From positions 117,676,001 through 117,740,000 of the forward strand of contig NC_135891.1 in assembly GCF_964194155.1 (NCBI RefSeq): DNA of 64,000 bases, read 5' to 3'. The notes below the pieces were generated by a model. That model saw only the letters and a program-made list of their open reading frames with translations. It had not been told where the DNA came from and did no database searches. The stretch comes from Cetorhinus maximus (lineage: Eukaryota). The position numbers and the translations under genes were made by a program. This document shows positions 37,521 through 49,449 of this stretch, piece by piece. Within the stretch, counting starts at the first letter, position 1. The number at the start of each line of letters is the position of its first letter.

Positions 37521-38334
37521 ATTGTAGGTCCCCAGGAGTGTGCCAGCATTTTCAGGGGAGTTTGTCAGTATATGCAAGGGGGCTACCTGGGAGCATGAAA
37601 CCATTTACAAGGAGTACCGAGGAGTGTGTCAGTATTTACAAGGTGTTCTTCCAAAAGTGTTATGAAAACCACTGTCTTAGAGCCCGTGCAACTTTTCCAA
37701 GAAGAGCAGAGTTCTCCTAGTGTCTGGACAAACATTCCTTCAACATAAATTAATTAGGTCTTCATCTCATTACTGTTTATGGGATCTTGTGTGTGAAGTG
37801 GCTACTGCATTTACTAACATAACAGTCACTGCATTTGAAAGCAACTAATTTTATGTGAAACACCTTGAAAGATGTTTCTGAGATGTGAGTAGGCATGATA
37901 TAAAAGCAAATCTTTCTGAAATTCATGCCCATCATTGCATTATGCAAGTTATACCTTTCTTCTCCATGAGAGGTCAGTATATACCTTCCATTTCTCACCT
38001 TCAATCCAATTTGCTGCTCAATGTTTTGTTGATAGCTGTTGTACAAGGACTGCTACTAAACTGCATTCTAATTAAAGGCCCTACATCTCCAGAATTGCAT
38101 TGTTTAAATCCTATAAGCAGAGATTAAACTATCTATCGAAACACTGCTAGGTAAGGGACAGAAAGAAAAACTTAAAAGTTAGAAGATGCTGGAAGTACTC
38201 AGGTCTGGTAGCATCTGAGGAAAGAGAAACAGTTAACGTTTCATGTCTGATTTTTTTATTAGAACTGAAGAGTTCATGAACAGCAAAGTGATAACGACCA
38301 GATAATCTGTTTTGTTATGACAATTAGGGGATAA

Positions 38335-40035
38335 ATATCCTATGTCCAACCATCTGTAGCTGCTTCAACAGTGACCTTCCTTCCAACATAAGGCTGATGA
38401 CTGCACAATGTTCAGCACCATTCACGACTCCTCAGATACTGAAGCAGACCATGTCCAAATGTAGCAAGATCTGGACAATATCCAAGCTTGGGCTGACAAG
38501 TAGCAAGTAACATTCGTGCCAAGCAATGACCATCTCCAACAAGAGAGAATCTGACCATTGCCCCTTCATGTTCAATGGCATTACCATTGCTGAATCCCCC
38601 ACTATCAACATTCTGGGGGGGTTACCATTGACCAGAAACTGAACTGGACTAACCATATAAATACTGTGGCTACAAAAGCAGGTCAGAGGCTAGGAATCCT
38701 GTGACGAGTAACTCACCTCCTGACTCCCCAAAGCCTGTCCACCATCTACAAGGCACAAGTCAGGAATGTGATGGAGCACTCTCCACTTACTTGGATAAGT
38801 GCAGCTCCAAAAACACTCTAGAAGCTCGACAGCATCCAGGACAAAGCAGCCTGCTTGATTGGGACCCCATCTATGAATGTTCACTCCCTCCACCACTGAC
38901 ACACAGTAGCAGCAGTGTGTACCATCTACAAGATGCACTGCAGAAACTCACCAAGGCTCTTTAGACAGCACCTTCCAAACCCGCTACCATTACCATCTAG
39001 AAGGACAAGGGCAGCAGATAGATGGGAACATCACCACCTGGAAGTTCCCCTCCAAGTCACCATCCTGACTTGGAAATATATCACTGTTCCTTCACTGTTG
39101 CTGGGTCAAAATCCTGGAACTCCCTCCCTAACAGCACTGTGGGTGTACCTACACCACATGTACTGCAGCGGTTCAAGAAGGCAGCTCACCACCACCTTCT
39201 CAAGGGCAATTAGGGATGGGCAATAAATGCTGGCCTCGCTAGCAACGCCCACGTTCCAAATGGAATTCAATGCAGACAAATGTGAGGTAATGCTTTTGGG
39301 GAAGACAAACAAGGCAAGAGAATATACAACAAATGGTTGGATACTGTTAAACGTAGAGGAACTGAAGGACCTTGGAGTGTATGCTCACAAATCCTGAAGG
39401 TAGCAGCACAGATAGATAAGGTAGTTAAGAAGGCATATGGGATATTTTCCCTTATTAGCTGAGGCACAGAATATAAAAGCAAAGAGGTTATCTTAGAACA
39501 GTATAAAACACTAGTTAGACCACAGCTAGAGTACTGCATACTGTTCTGGTCACCACGTTACAGGAAGGATGTGATCGCACTAGAGAAGGTATAGAGGAGA
39601 TTTACAAGGATGTTGCCAGGAATGGACAATTTTAGCATGAGGAAAGATTGGATAGGCTGGGGTTGTTTTCTTTGTAATAGAAGAAACCGAGAGGAGACTT
39701 AATCAAGGTGTCTAAAATCAGGTAAAGTGTATAGAAATACCTTATTTCCCTTAGCAGAGTTTAATAACAAGGGGACATAAATTTAAAGTAATTGATAGAA
39801 GGATTGGAAGGGGGTTGAGGAGTAATCTTTTCACCCAGAGGGTGGTTGGGATCTGGATCACTATCCGAAAGAGTGCTAGAGGCCGAAAGCCTCATCGCAT
39901 TTAAAATGTTCTGTGATATGCACTTGAAGCGATGTAACCTAGAGGGACCAAGAACTGGAAAGTGGGGTTAGGCTCTATGGCATTTCTTTGGCCAGTACAG
40001 GCAAATGGGTTCCTTCTATGTTTCAATGACCTTCT
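38335..40035 (+). mobile_element. Family B LINE 3' fragment (38335-39255) directly followed by a CR1 fragment (39258-40035)
   Basis: gctgatgactgcaca (ADDCT) through HHHLLKGN*. Then atggaattcaatgcagacaaatgtgaggta (MEFNADKCEV) to the CR1 tail. Confidence 0.85.
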
Positions 40036-40430
40036 GACTCTGGGTGAGAGTACTACATGGGTGATGGAACATGAGGCCTATGACAGAGAGCCTGAAGGGG
40101 TGTGTCTCATAACAGAAATCTTAGGCCAGTTAATTTTAATTTTAGCCACATGATTTGCTACGCAAGTGAAGACAGCCAATGTCACAATTAGTGAAGCAGA
40201 TTTAGGTGAATAACAGGGTCTGAACATTGGACAATCCTGCCAACATGTCTGGCTATAACAATAGGAAAGGTAGGAGCCTGTCTGGTGGGCTAGGATTGGG
40301 TGCTGACCTTTCCCATCAGTTTAAATCCAGGGCAGAGTGACAACGTTCGAATCACTTCAGTGAAATTTGTGTCAGCCATTCACAATCTAATTGGCCAAAG
40401 TTCCTGACTCCAAAACAAATTGGAAATCTC

Positions 40431-40924
40431 ACTCCCAGGACAGATACAGCACAGGGTTAAATACAGAGTAATGTTCCCTCTACACTGTCCCCATCAAACA
40501 CTCCTAGAGCAGGTACACCCCAGGGTTACATACAGAGTAAATCTACATTGTCCCATCAAACACTCCCAGGGCAGGTACAGCATGGAGTTAGATACAGAGC
40601 AAAGCTCCCTCTACACTGTCCCATCAAAAACTCCCAGGATAGGTACAGCACGGGTTAGGTACTGAGTAAAGCTCCCTCTACACTGTCCCCATCAAATACT
40701 CCCAGGGCAGGTACAGCACGGGGTTAGATACAGAGTAAAGCTCCCTCTACACTCCCCATCAAATACTCCCAGGACAGGGACAGCACGGAGTTAGATGCAG
40801 AGTAAATCTCCCTCTACACTGTCCCCATCAAACACTCCCAGGACAGGTACAGCATGGGGTTAGATGCAGAGTAAAGCTCCCTCTACACTGTCCACATCAA
40901 ACACTCCTAGGGTAGGTACAGCAG
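40431..40924 (+). repeat. 69-bp minisatellite, about 7 units
   Basis: Unit aaagctccctctacactgtccccatcaaacactcccaggacaggtacagcacggggttagatacagagt, the same as at 63075-64000. Confidence 0.95.
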
Positions 40925-41525
40925 GAACGTCCCAGGTCTAAGTCCATAAATTTGAGCTTCTGCAAAATTCTGCTGCCTGTATCCTAACTCGCATAAAGTC
41001 TTGTTCATGCATCATCTGCTGTGTTCACTGACCTACATTTGCTCTCAGTGTAACAAGCTTGTTTCCAAATCCCTCTCCATCTCTAATCTCCTGCAACCCC
41101 CTGAATTAACTGCACTCCTCCAATTCTGGCTTCTTGATGAGCTGTGGGTTACATTGAAGTCAGCTAGTGATGCTTCACAAGGACAAATATCTTGCCAACA
41201 CTCATTGTTTACTCTTAGTAGTGAGGAATGATCACTTGCCTGAGGTCTGGGGATAAGGCAGTAGCCCCTGTGCACCTGCATCTTCAGGATTTGGAAGGGA
41301 GGAAATGGGGTAATAGAAAGATGCGAACACAATAAATTGATTCACAAAGCACACTCTTACATGTTTCATAAGCATTCTGTAAACTTCAAATCGATTTGAG
41401 TGAAGTGAAAGCCATGTGAATGAAGTGAAGTGAATGAGTGTCCCTCCTTCGATATTTCATTTACACTCTTCTCAGGCTCCTGTGTCTCATCCTCCTCAGC
41501 AAAATATTCTCCCTGTCCCATCTGT

Positions 41526-41785
41526 TAGGTTGCCAACATTGGTCAGATATATTCCTGAAGATTTCATCTTCCATACAATGCCCCCATTCAGTCAAACATT
41601 CTTCTTTTTATCTTTCCCTAATATTTTTGTAACTAACAGTAAATGGAAAAAATACATTTTTAACAATGCTTATGATTTTTGTCCTGGGCAGCAGTATCCT
41701 GGAGATCTACATTTGGAGAATGTAACATCTCCAGATTTAATTTCCTGGAGACCCCAGGGCAATTCTGGAGAGTTGGCAACCCCTA
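41526..41785. mobile_element. MITE-like element with short terminal inverted repeats
   Basis: Ends taggttgccaac and gttggcaaccccta, non-coding interior. Confidence 0.55.
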
Positions 41786-42134
41786 TCTTCCTCTCACACA
41801 TTCTTCATCCTCCCTTTTCATTGTAAAAATGGTGATTTGGCTCTGTCGTCTCCTCTAATTTACTCCTTCAAAAGAGCACAGAGACCCTCTGCTCCCCCAC
41901 TCTTCCCTCACCCAGAATCTACAAGATTTTAAAATCCAAGCTTGGCATCAATGAATCACTAATTCCTTAGCTGCCTCATTCACGTTCCAATTTGTTTCTT
42001 AGGCTTGGCAGCATCCTGCATTCTGATCTTAGCCCTTCATCTTGGTGTGCCAAATGGCTCTTAGTTTAGAATGGCAGATCTCCGATCTCTCAGAGACACT
42101 TCACACGGTCCTAGCTATTAATTTAATCAGGGAC

Positions 42135-42810
42135 CTCACACACATACACAAAAATGGTCACACCGACACTCACAAACACATACACACACACAAGCACACA
42201 CAAACACTCACACATACTCACATGGTCAAACACACAAAGCCACACACACATACTCTCACATCCACATTTCAACCCAAACGTGCAAATGTCCACTCATACA
42301 CACACACACACACACAGTCACATACATGCATACATCCATTCATATACACTGACACACATGCTCATATACACACATGTACAATCATACACACACACACTCA
42401 CATACCCCCTCAGATGGACACACAGGCATACATGCACATATCCACTCATATACATGCACACACACACTCACACTCATATACACACGCACACGCACATATC
42501 CCACTCATATATACACACAAACACACACATACACACACATATATATCCACTCATATACACACACACGCACATATACACTCATATATACACACACTTACAT
42601 ACATGCACATATCCCCTCATAGACATACACACACACACATACATGCATATATCCACTCATACACACACATATATGCACATATCCACTCATATACATACAC
42701 ACACACATATACATACACACACACGCACATACCCATTCATATGTACACACATCCACTCATATACTCACACACACACATATACACTCATATACATGCACAT
42801 ACATATGCAT
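42135..42810. repeat. Degenerate (CA)/(TA) low-complexity tract
   Basis: About 670 bp of alternating purine-pyrimidine sequence with a recurring atatccactcatatacac subunit. Confidence 0.95.
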
Positions 42811-42837
42811 TGGCCTATCCTGATATGCTTATGCTTC

Positions 42838-42905
42838 AGGCCAATCTCCTTCCTGTCTGTTGAAGGCAGTATGCTTCTGATTGGCTGATCTGCTAGCCAA
42901 TGAGC
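42838..42905 (+). promoter_or_regulatory. CCAAT-box cluster, probable YJEFN3 promoter
   Basis: ggCCAATc at 42841, ctgATTGGct near 42881 and agCCAATga near 42897, 140-200 bp upstream of the ATG at 43043. Confidence 0.55.
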
Positions 42906-43042
42906 TAGGGTGCTGAATGACAAATCACTATCACTGCAGGCACAGAGTCTGGCAGCAGCTCACAGCCTCACAGCCTCAGCATCAGGACCCAGCAGATCCT
43001 TCCCATCTCCCCACACAAGAACAGTGACAACTGCACGAAGAT

Positions 43043-43107
43043 ATGGCCAACACAAACCACGGTGTTGTACAGCAGACAGCAACAACTGAACCTGTCAAAT
43101 TCCTCAG
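43043..43107 (+). CDS. YJEFN3: Probable YJEFN3 coding exon 1
   Basis: Encodes MANTNHGVVQQTATTEPVKFL(S) with a strong CAG|GTAAGC donor. EPVKFLS resembles the EP-x-K-Y/F-L-S start of YjeF_N proteins. Position and strand downstream of NDUFA13 match human synteny. Exon 2 was not found in the window. Confidence 0.6.
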
Positions 43108-44349
43108 GTAAGCAGGAGTCTGTGATAAGTGTGTGGATGACAGCCCTTTCTTGATGACTGAATAGAGATTTATTGACTCCTCAAAGGTTGTACGCTCTGT
43201 GGTATTTGATCTGCATCATTGCAAAGGGTTCAGAGCTATCTGAACGAGCTACCTGGGATGACTGAGTCTTAAGTGCTCCCCTGCTCCAGGTTCAAATCTA
43301 ATTCGGCTCCTGACATACCAAGACTGAAGGGAGGGAGCTGGTGATTGTGGACGGGAATCTTTAATGAGATGATCAAATGACAAATAAACACACACTCACC
43401 CAGCAAAACAAAGAGTGTGTAATGAACTTTTAAATTTTATTTTTCAGCACAGCAGGTGCATGCAAAATAAAAAGTCATGCTCACTAGAATTTATTATTAT
43501 AAAACATATTGAGGATCCCGGTGATTAATTCAGATTGTTTTGGGGCGTGTTGGGTGGGGAAAGGCAGACATGGAGAGGTGAGTCCGAACCCCAGCCCCTC
43601 ATGATGCTGTCTTGTACCCCCAACTATTGCAGGAAACACCCAGAGTATTTGTTTTAAACCAGGCTTGTTCATGGGAGGCTGGGTTGGGTATGCGAGGGAA
43701 TAAATCAGCATTGTTAGGCTGGTGGTTTTTAGCCTGTGCCAAAGACAATCAGCACTACCTGTGAGATTGAGTTCAAGCGATTGAATGATATGGAGGTGGT
43801 GGGGTGTGGCATCTCCAATGTGGAAGAATATTTACACGAAGCTCAAATTGTTTGTAAAACACCCTCAGTGACCTTTAACTCCCATTATATATTTGACTGT
43901 TAGCGTGTTACGGGTGACTTCGGAATGCCATGCATGGGGACAATCAGTCTGGAGGCCATGCTCATTACTTAGGGAAGATCCACGGAGGGAATGGAACTTG
44001 GTGGGTTTAACCGCACTGATGCCGAATGGCGCTTCTTGGGGTTGTCCACAGATGTCCTCCTCTGCAGTGCTCATCGGGGAGCCTCACTGATAGGGGCATG
44101 GGGTAGAAAAGGAATGGTGCACCATTTCGTAGCCCAAAACCCAGATCTAACCTCCCGCTGAACGAGGCTTCCTGCTAGAAGAGTGGCATGAGAGGATTGA
44201 TCCCATTACTGTGCCCTAAACTCCCTTGTCACTCCCTGTGTATAAGTGTCACAGGCTGATAGCAGCTCATCAAACAGACCAGCAAGCTGCTGGGTTCTGT
44301 CAGTTCTGGGCACAGCACTTCATGAACGATATATTGGTCTTGGAGGGGG

Positions 44350-46580
44350 TACGAGCATACAAACATATGAATTAGGAGCAGGAGTAGGCCACGGCCCCTC
44401 GAGGCTGCTCCGCCGATCAATAAGATCATGGCTGATTTGATTGTAACCTCCTGCCCTACCTCCAGTAACCTTCTACTCCTTGTTTATTAAGAATCTATCT
44501 ACCTCTGTCTCAAAGATATTCAAAGACTCTGCATGTAGATTCATCAGAATGATGCTGGGGATAAAAGGGTTAAATTATGAAGACAGGTTGCACAGACTAG
44601 ACTTGTATACCTTTGAATTTAGAAGGTTGGATGGTGATCTGATCAAAGTCTTTAAAATGTTAAAAGGATACAATAGGATCAATAGAGAGAAACTATTACC
44701 TCCAGCGGGGTAGGGGGAGAGTCCAGAACAATGGGGCAGAACCTTAAATTTAGAGCCAGGCCGTTCAGGGGTGATGTCAGGAAGCACTCCTTCACACAGT
44801 GGGTGGTGGAAATATGGAACTCTCTCCCCCAAAAAGCTTGCGGATGCTGGGGGGATCAACTGGAATGTTTAAGATTGAGGTTGATGGATTTTTGTTGGGT
44901 AAGGCATCAAGGTATATGGAGTAAAGATGGTGAATGGAGTTGAGATAAATGTCACTCATGATCTGAGTGAATGGTGGGCAGAACAGCCTGGAGGGGCTGA
45001 ATGGCCTCTTCTTGTTCCTATCTTGTATACTGTACTGAGGTGAAAGATCTCAAGTGGAGATGGAGGTTACAGTTAACCTCAGTACCCTGTGGTTACCATT
45101 AACCTCAGTACCCTGTGGTTACCATTAACCTCAGTACCTTGTGCCCAGAATGGCAAAAAGCAATTGGGCAGGGTCCTGTGTTTGACCTCTATCCAAGTGT
45201 GAACATGTGCCTCATTATCGAGTCAGCACATGATTGTGCTGCCTGCCATGGCCAAATATCCAATGCAACAAACTTCTCTCCAAATATGGTCATTGGCAGA
45301 GTGGAAAGGCAAACCCTAGCAGGGGCGCAGAGGATCTGGGTGTTCCTAGTTCTGAAACACTTTTTTTCAATGTTCATACATGGGATGTGGGCATTGCTGG
45401 CTAGACCAGAATTTAGTGCCCATCCCTAATTGCCGTTGAGGTGGTGGTGGTGAGCTTCCTTCTTGATCCGCTGCAGTCCATGTGGTGTAGGTACACCCAC
45501 AGTGCTATTAGGGAGGGAGTTCCAGGATTTTGACCCAGTGACAGTGAAGGAACAGCGATATATTTCCAAGTCAGGATGGTGAGTGTCTTGGAGGGGAACT
45601 TCCAGGTGGTGGTGTTCCCTTGTGTCTGCTGCCCTTGTCCTTCTAGATGGTAGTGGTCATGGGTTTGGAAGGTGTTGTCTAAGGAGCCTTGGTGAGTTTC
45701 TACAGTGTAGATGGTACACACTGCTGCCACTGTGCATCGGGAGGGAGTGAATGTTTGTGGAAGGGGTACCAATCAAATGTTGCTGCTTTGTCCTGGATGG
45801 TGTCAAGCTTCTTGAGTGTTGTTGGAGATGCACTCATCCAGGCAAGTGGAGAGTATTCCATCACACTCCTGTGCCTTGTAGATGGTGGACAGGCTTTGGG
45901 GAGTCAAGAGGTGAGTTACTCTCTACAGGATTCCCAGCCTCTGACCTGCTCTTGTAGCCACAGTATTTTTACCAATGGAAAAAATATATAAATTGTAAAA
46001 ATTATAAAATAATTAGTTATAAAATACTGGTTTGGCCTCAACTGGAATATTGTTTCCAATTCTAGATACAACACTTTAGGAAGGATTTGAAGGAGAGGGT
46101 GCAGGAAAGATTCACAAGAATTGTTCTAGGGATGAGGAACTTCAGTTGCATGGATAGGTTAGTGAAGCTGGGGCTGTTCTCCTTGGAGAAGAGAAGCTTA
46201 GGAGGAGATTTGATAGAGGTGTTTAACATCATGAGGGATCTGGACTGAGTAGATAGTAACTGTTTCCACTGGTGGAAGAGTTAAGAACTAGAGGACACCA
46301 AGTAAGGTGATTGTCAAAAGAACAAAAGGCAAGATGAGGAAAAGCTTTGTCACGCAGCGAGTGGTTAGGATCTGGAATGCACTGCCTGAGAGTGTGGTGG
46401 AGACAGATTCAATCATGGCTTTCAAAAGAGGATTGAATAAGAATTTGAAGGAAAAGTTTACAGAGTGACAGGAATAGGGCGGGAAGCAGGACTAGCTAAA
46501 TTCCTCGGAGAAAGCCAGCATTGACATGAAGGCCGAGTGCTCTCCTTTGGCACCATAACCGTTCTATAATTGTATTCTAT
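44350..46580. mobile_element. Cluster of LINE fragments: CR1 minus (44350-44530), CR1 plus (44533-45025), family B minus (45365-45965), CR1 plus (46005-46580)
   Basis: GLNYEDRLHRLDLYTFEFRRLDGDLIKVFK and FTQWVVEIWNSLPQ motifs, and the family B tail on the minus strand. Confidence 0.8.
45065..45143. repeat. 26-bp tandem repeat, 3 copies
   Basis: Unit ggttaccattaacctcagtaccctgt. Confidence 0.9.
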
Positions 46581-48386
46581 AAAAAATGCAAAATCAGCTG
46601 AGAATCCATTAACACAGAGAAATTTACAGATCAGGCAGTACCCAGATTCCAAATCCAGGGTCAATGCAGAATCATCTGATCTCACTAGGGCTAGCAATTG
46701 TCCTAACCCTGTGGGTTAGAGTGAAGGGTGAAGGGGAGGAATCTTCGAGGGTTTCTGTTCTTTAGCACTATCCAGTAATCCCGGTCACACAATGTTAATA
46801 TATAGGAGGCACTATCAGCTTTGCTAAGATGCTCTTCCACAGTTGGATAGCTTGCCTGAACTCACTGCCCAGACTGGAACATGCCACTCATGGAATTTAA
46901 TCCGCACAATGTTTAACAGTACAAAAGCAGCTCCATTCTCATCTCCCACACTTTGTGGGATGAAATCATTCAAGTCCCAAGATCTTTGTGCCTTCATTAC
47001 AAACTAACTGGAGCTGTTCAACACTCAATCATTCGAAGGATTATTAAATAATCCCCAATAAAACAGATTTACTGCATTTCAGGATAAATTAGAAAAGCAC
47101 TTGAGAAATAAAGAAACAGAAGTATATCAAGTAGGGTGGGAGGAGGCTCATGTGGAGCATAAACACTGGCATCGACCAGTTGGGCTGAATGGCCTGTTTC
47201 TGTGATGCACACTTAATGCAAGGTGGGAGGAATATAAAATGTGGACAACCCCACAATCAGAAACAGGGGCAGGCTCACAATAACAAACCAGCTCTCTGCA
47301 CCCCAAGATCAGAACAAGGTTCACTCCAGATTGTCCAGGACTTCAGGTTGGCAACTATCCAACAACAGATCTAAAAAAAAGTTCCATTCATTGTCCAATG
47401 TGCAAATGTCAACCCTGTTGTATTGCAATAGAGTGATGTGGTCACAGGGTATCTGGTGTCACATTTTACATCACCTTACCCCTGCTGTGTCTGTGGTATT
47501 TTTAGTGTCATTTGAATCATGACCAGCAGGTTGCAGAAAGGTTATTTTTCAAATTTATTGCACAAATATTGTTCCATCTCTCTTGAAAGGCAGAGAAAGG
47601 TTCTTACAAAAATGAGCAAAGTGGGCACTCATTAATTACCATGCGGTGAATCTCTTGTTACCCTATCATTTATTTTTCATGTTGTTCCAATTGTCTTTTG
47701 CTTTCTCAAAGAAAAGTAGAAAGAGGAAGAGGTAAACAGATAAACAAAGAGAAAATTAAAGAGTTAGGAGAAAGGAAAAATAGAGCCTGTGTTTGTTTTG
47801 TGGTTTCTGTAATCTCTGAAAGAAAGAGTTGGAGTAGGAGGTGATTCAATGAGGTTTCAGCACAGTGAGGATGTAGGGAAGGTGAGCGAGGTGGGGGAAT
47901 TTGGACAAGGCAAACACCAAGGGAGGAAAGTTCAAAGGAACACTGTAGTAAAGATGAAAGAAAAGTTACAATGGATTAGGGGTAGAGGGTTGAATGCTTG
48001 GGATGATAGAAGGAAAGATGGTTAATCAGATGAGAATCTTTTACTTGTGTCAGCTCACAGACGTGGGAGAAGCGCTGGGGCAAGCTCTGGCAAATTGTAC
48101 TCAGGTCCCTGTTGCGTATGTGGGAGTGGCATTGGGTAAAACCTCTTCGCTTACAAGACTTTGCCTCTATCTGTGCTCATGTTGATGTATTAACATCTCT
48201 GCTCTAATTTGCCAGCCTCCGACATCTCACCCAAGAGCTTATGAAATGTGTATCAGCACCCAACAAGAGTCTCTCTGCCAGAAATATTAATAATTTAATG
48301 TCTTAAAGCACTGCCAACTTGGAAGGACTTGGAATTTCAGGAGTCCTGCATAGGTAACCAGACCAATGGTAGGTCATACCGGTAAT

Positions 48387-48680
48387 TCAGACAAACAACT
48401 GGACAGTGCGACTCATGAAGTCCAAAATGACCTCGTTATTGAAAATGAAGCGCTCAAGCTCAGGATGGCTTGTCTTAGCTGTTAGTATTGGCCACTGGCA
48501 AATATACTTGATCCCAGTTTCAGGGCCTAGAATCACCACAGCTTCCTTGATTAAACACCCATGTTTGCATTGGTCTGTAGGGTGAACTGCCCTTTCCCCA
48601 AACGGTGGGATCTCCTTCACTCTTGTTTGTTTTGCTGTTGCTGAGACTGCAACAATCTCTCTAGAATTCACTCGGATCAT
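48387..48680 (-). CDS. Candidate 97-aa ORF of unknown function, weak retropepsin-like pattern
   Basis: Start context gccATG in non-repetitive sequence. Acceptor-like ttttctgcag at 48770-48761 and donor-like G|GTATGA 7 nt after the stop. No homologue recognised with certainty. Confidence 0.3.
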   Translation of the reverse strand: MIRVNSREIVAVSATAKQTRVKEIPPFGERAVHPTDQCKHGCLIKEAVVILGPETGIKYICQWPILTAKTSHPELERFIFNNEVILDFMSRTVQLFV

Positions 48681-48828
48681 GGCTCCAATCTCTGGATCTG
48701 TGTCCTTTCCCTCTGTGCATTTATCAGTGCCATGCCTTCAAGATCTTTTGACCATTTTTTCTGCAGAAAAGATTTGGAGAAAGAATTGCACTTGAATGTT
48801 GTGTTTAAAGCAAAGTGTAGTCACATGA

Positions 48829-49449
48829 GGGACTGGATATTCCCTCCGAGGGCATCTCCAGGCCCCAAGCCCTGTCAATCATTTGGAATTTCATGGGGAT
48901 ACCCTCTTAATTGGCCTAGACACAGGTTCACCCATCAATTAAGGGCAGCGGGTGGGCTCTCGAAGCTGGAGGGCTAATCAAAGGCCATCTGACTTGGAAG
49001 GTAAGTAAGAGAGAGGCTGCTTCAATATGCAGGCATCTTTTCCCAAACTTGTTAAAAATATTATATTCAAAAATGGTTTTTGCAGCCAGGTCACCACTGT
49101 TGGGGGGAATGAACCTTTCTACAGTGCAGTCTTTGGCTTGTTTCTGCACCCAGGCAAGCAGGGTGAGCCTCTGAGCCTCTCTGGAACACTGGGCTCCTGG
49201 TCTGCTCTGCGTTCCCGCTTCCTGCCATCCGGAAATTTCCAGCCAGCCTCTTTTAATTGGCTTCAATTAGGCTTGTAATGAGCCTGATTGGTACCACATG
49301 CTGGCCCCAATCCCATCTCTGTAAAAGTGGCCCAGAGGTTGGATGGAGCTGAGGAACAAGCACATTGGCTGGCGGGTTTATTTTTGCCTCCTGCCCACCT
49401 CCCTTCCCACCCCCAATTGGGTGGAGGGGGGAGGTAAAAATACAGCTTG
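48829..49449. mobile_element. Possible non-autonomous DNA transposon (degenerate TIRs)
   Basis: Ends gggactggatattccctcc and ggaggtaaaaatacagct are partly complementary, with internal ttaattgg motifs. Confidence 0.35.

Noticed and set aside
42042-42888. His/Thr-rich ORFs of 273, 244 and 82 aa
   Set aside because: Products of the CA-repeat tract, which lacks stop codons.
44350-45025. Twin-priming inverted CR1
   Set aside because: Both pieces contain their own diverged 3' ends and no TSD was seen, so they are better explained as separate insertions.
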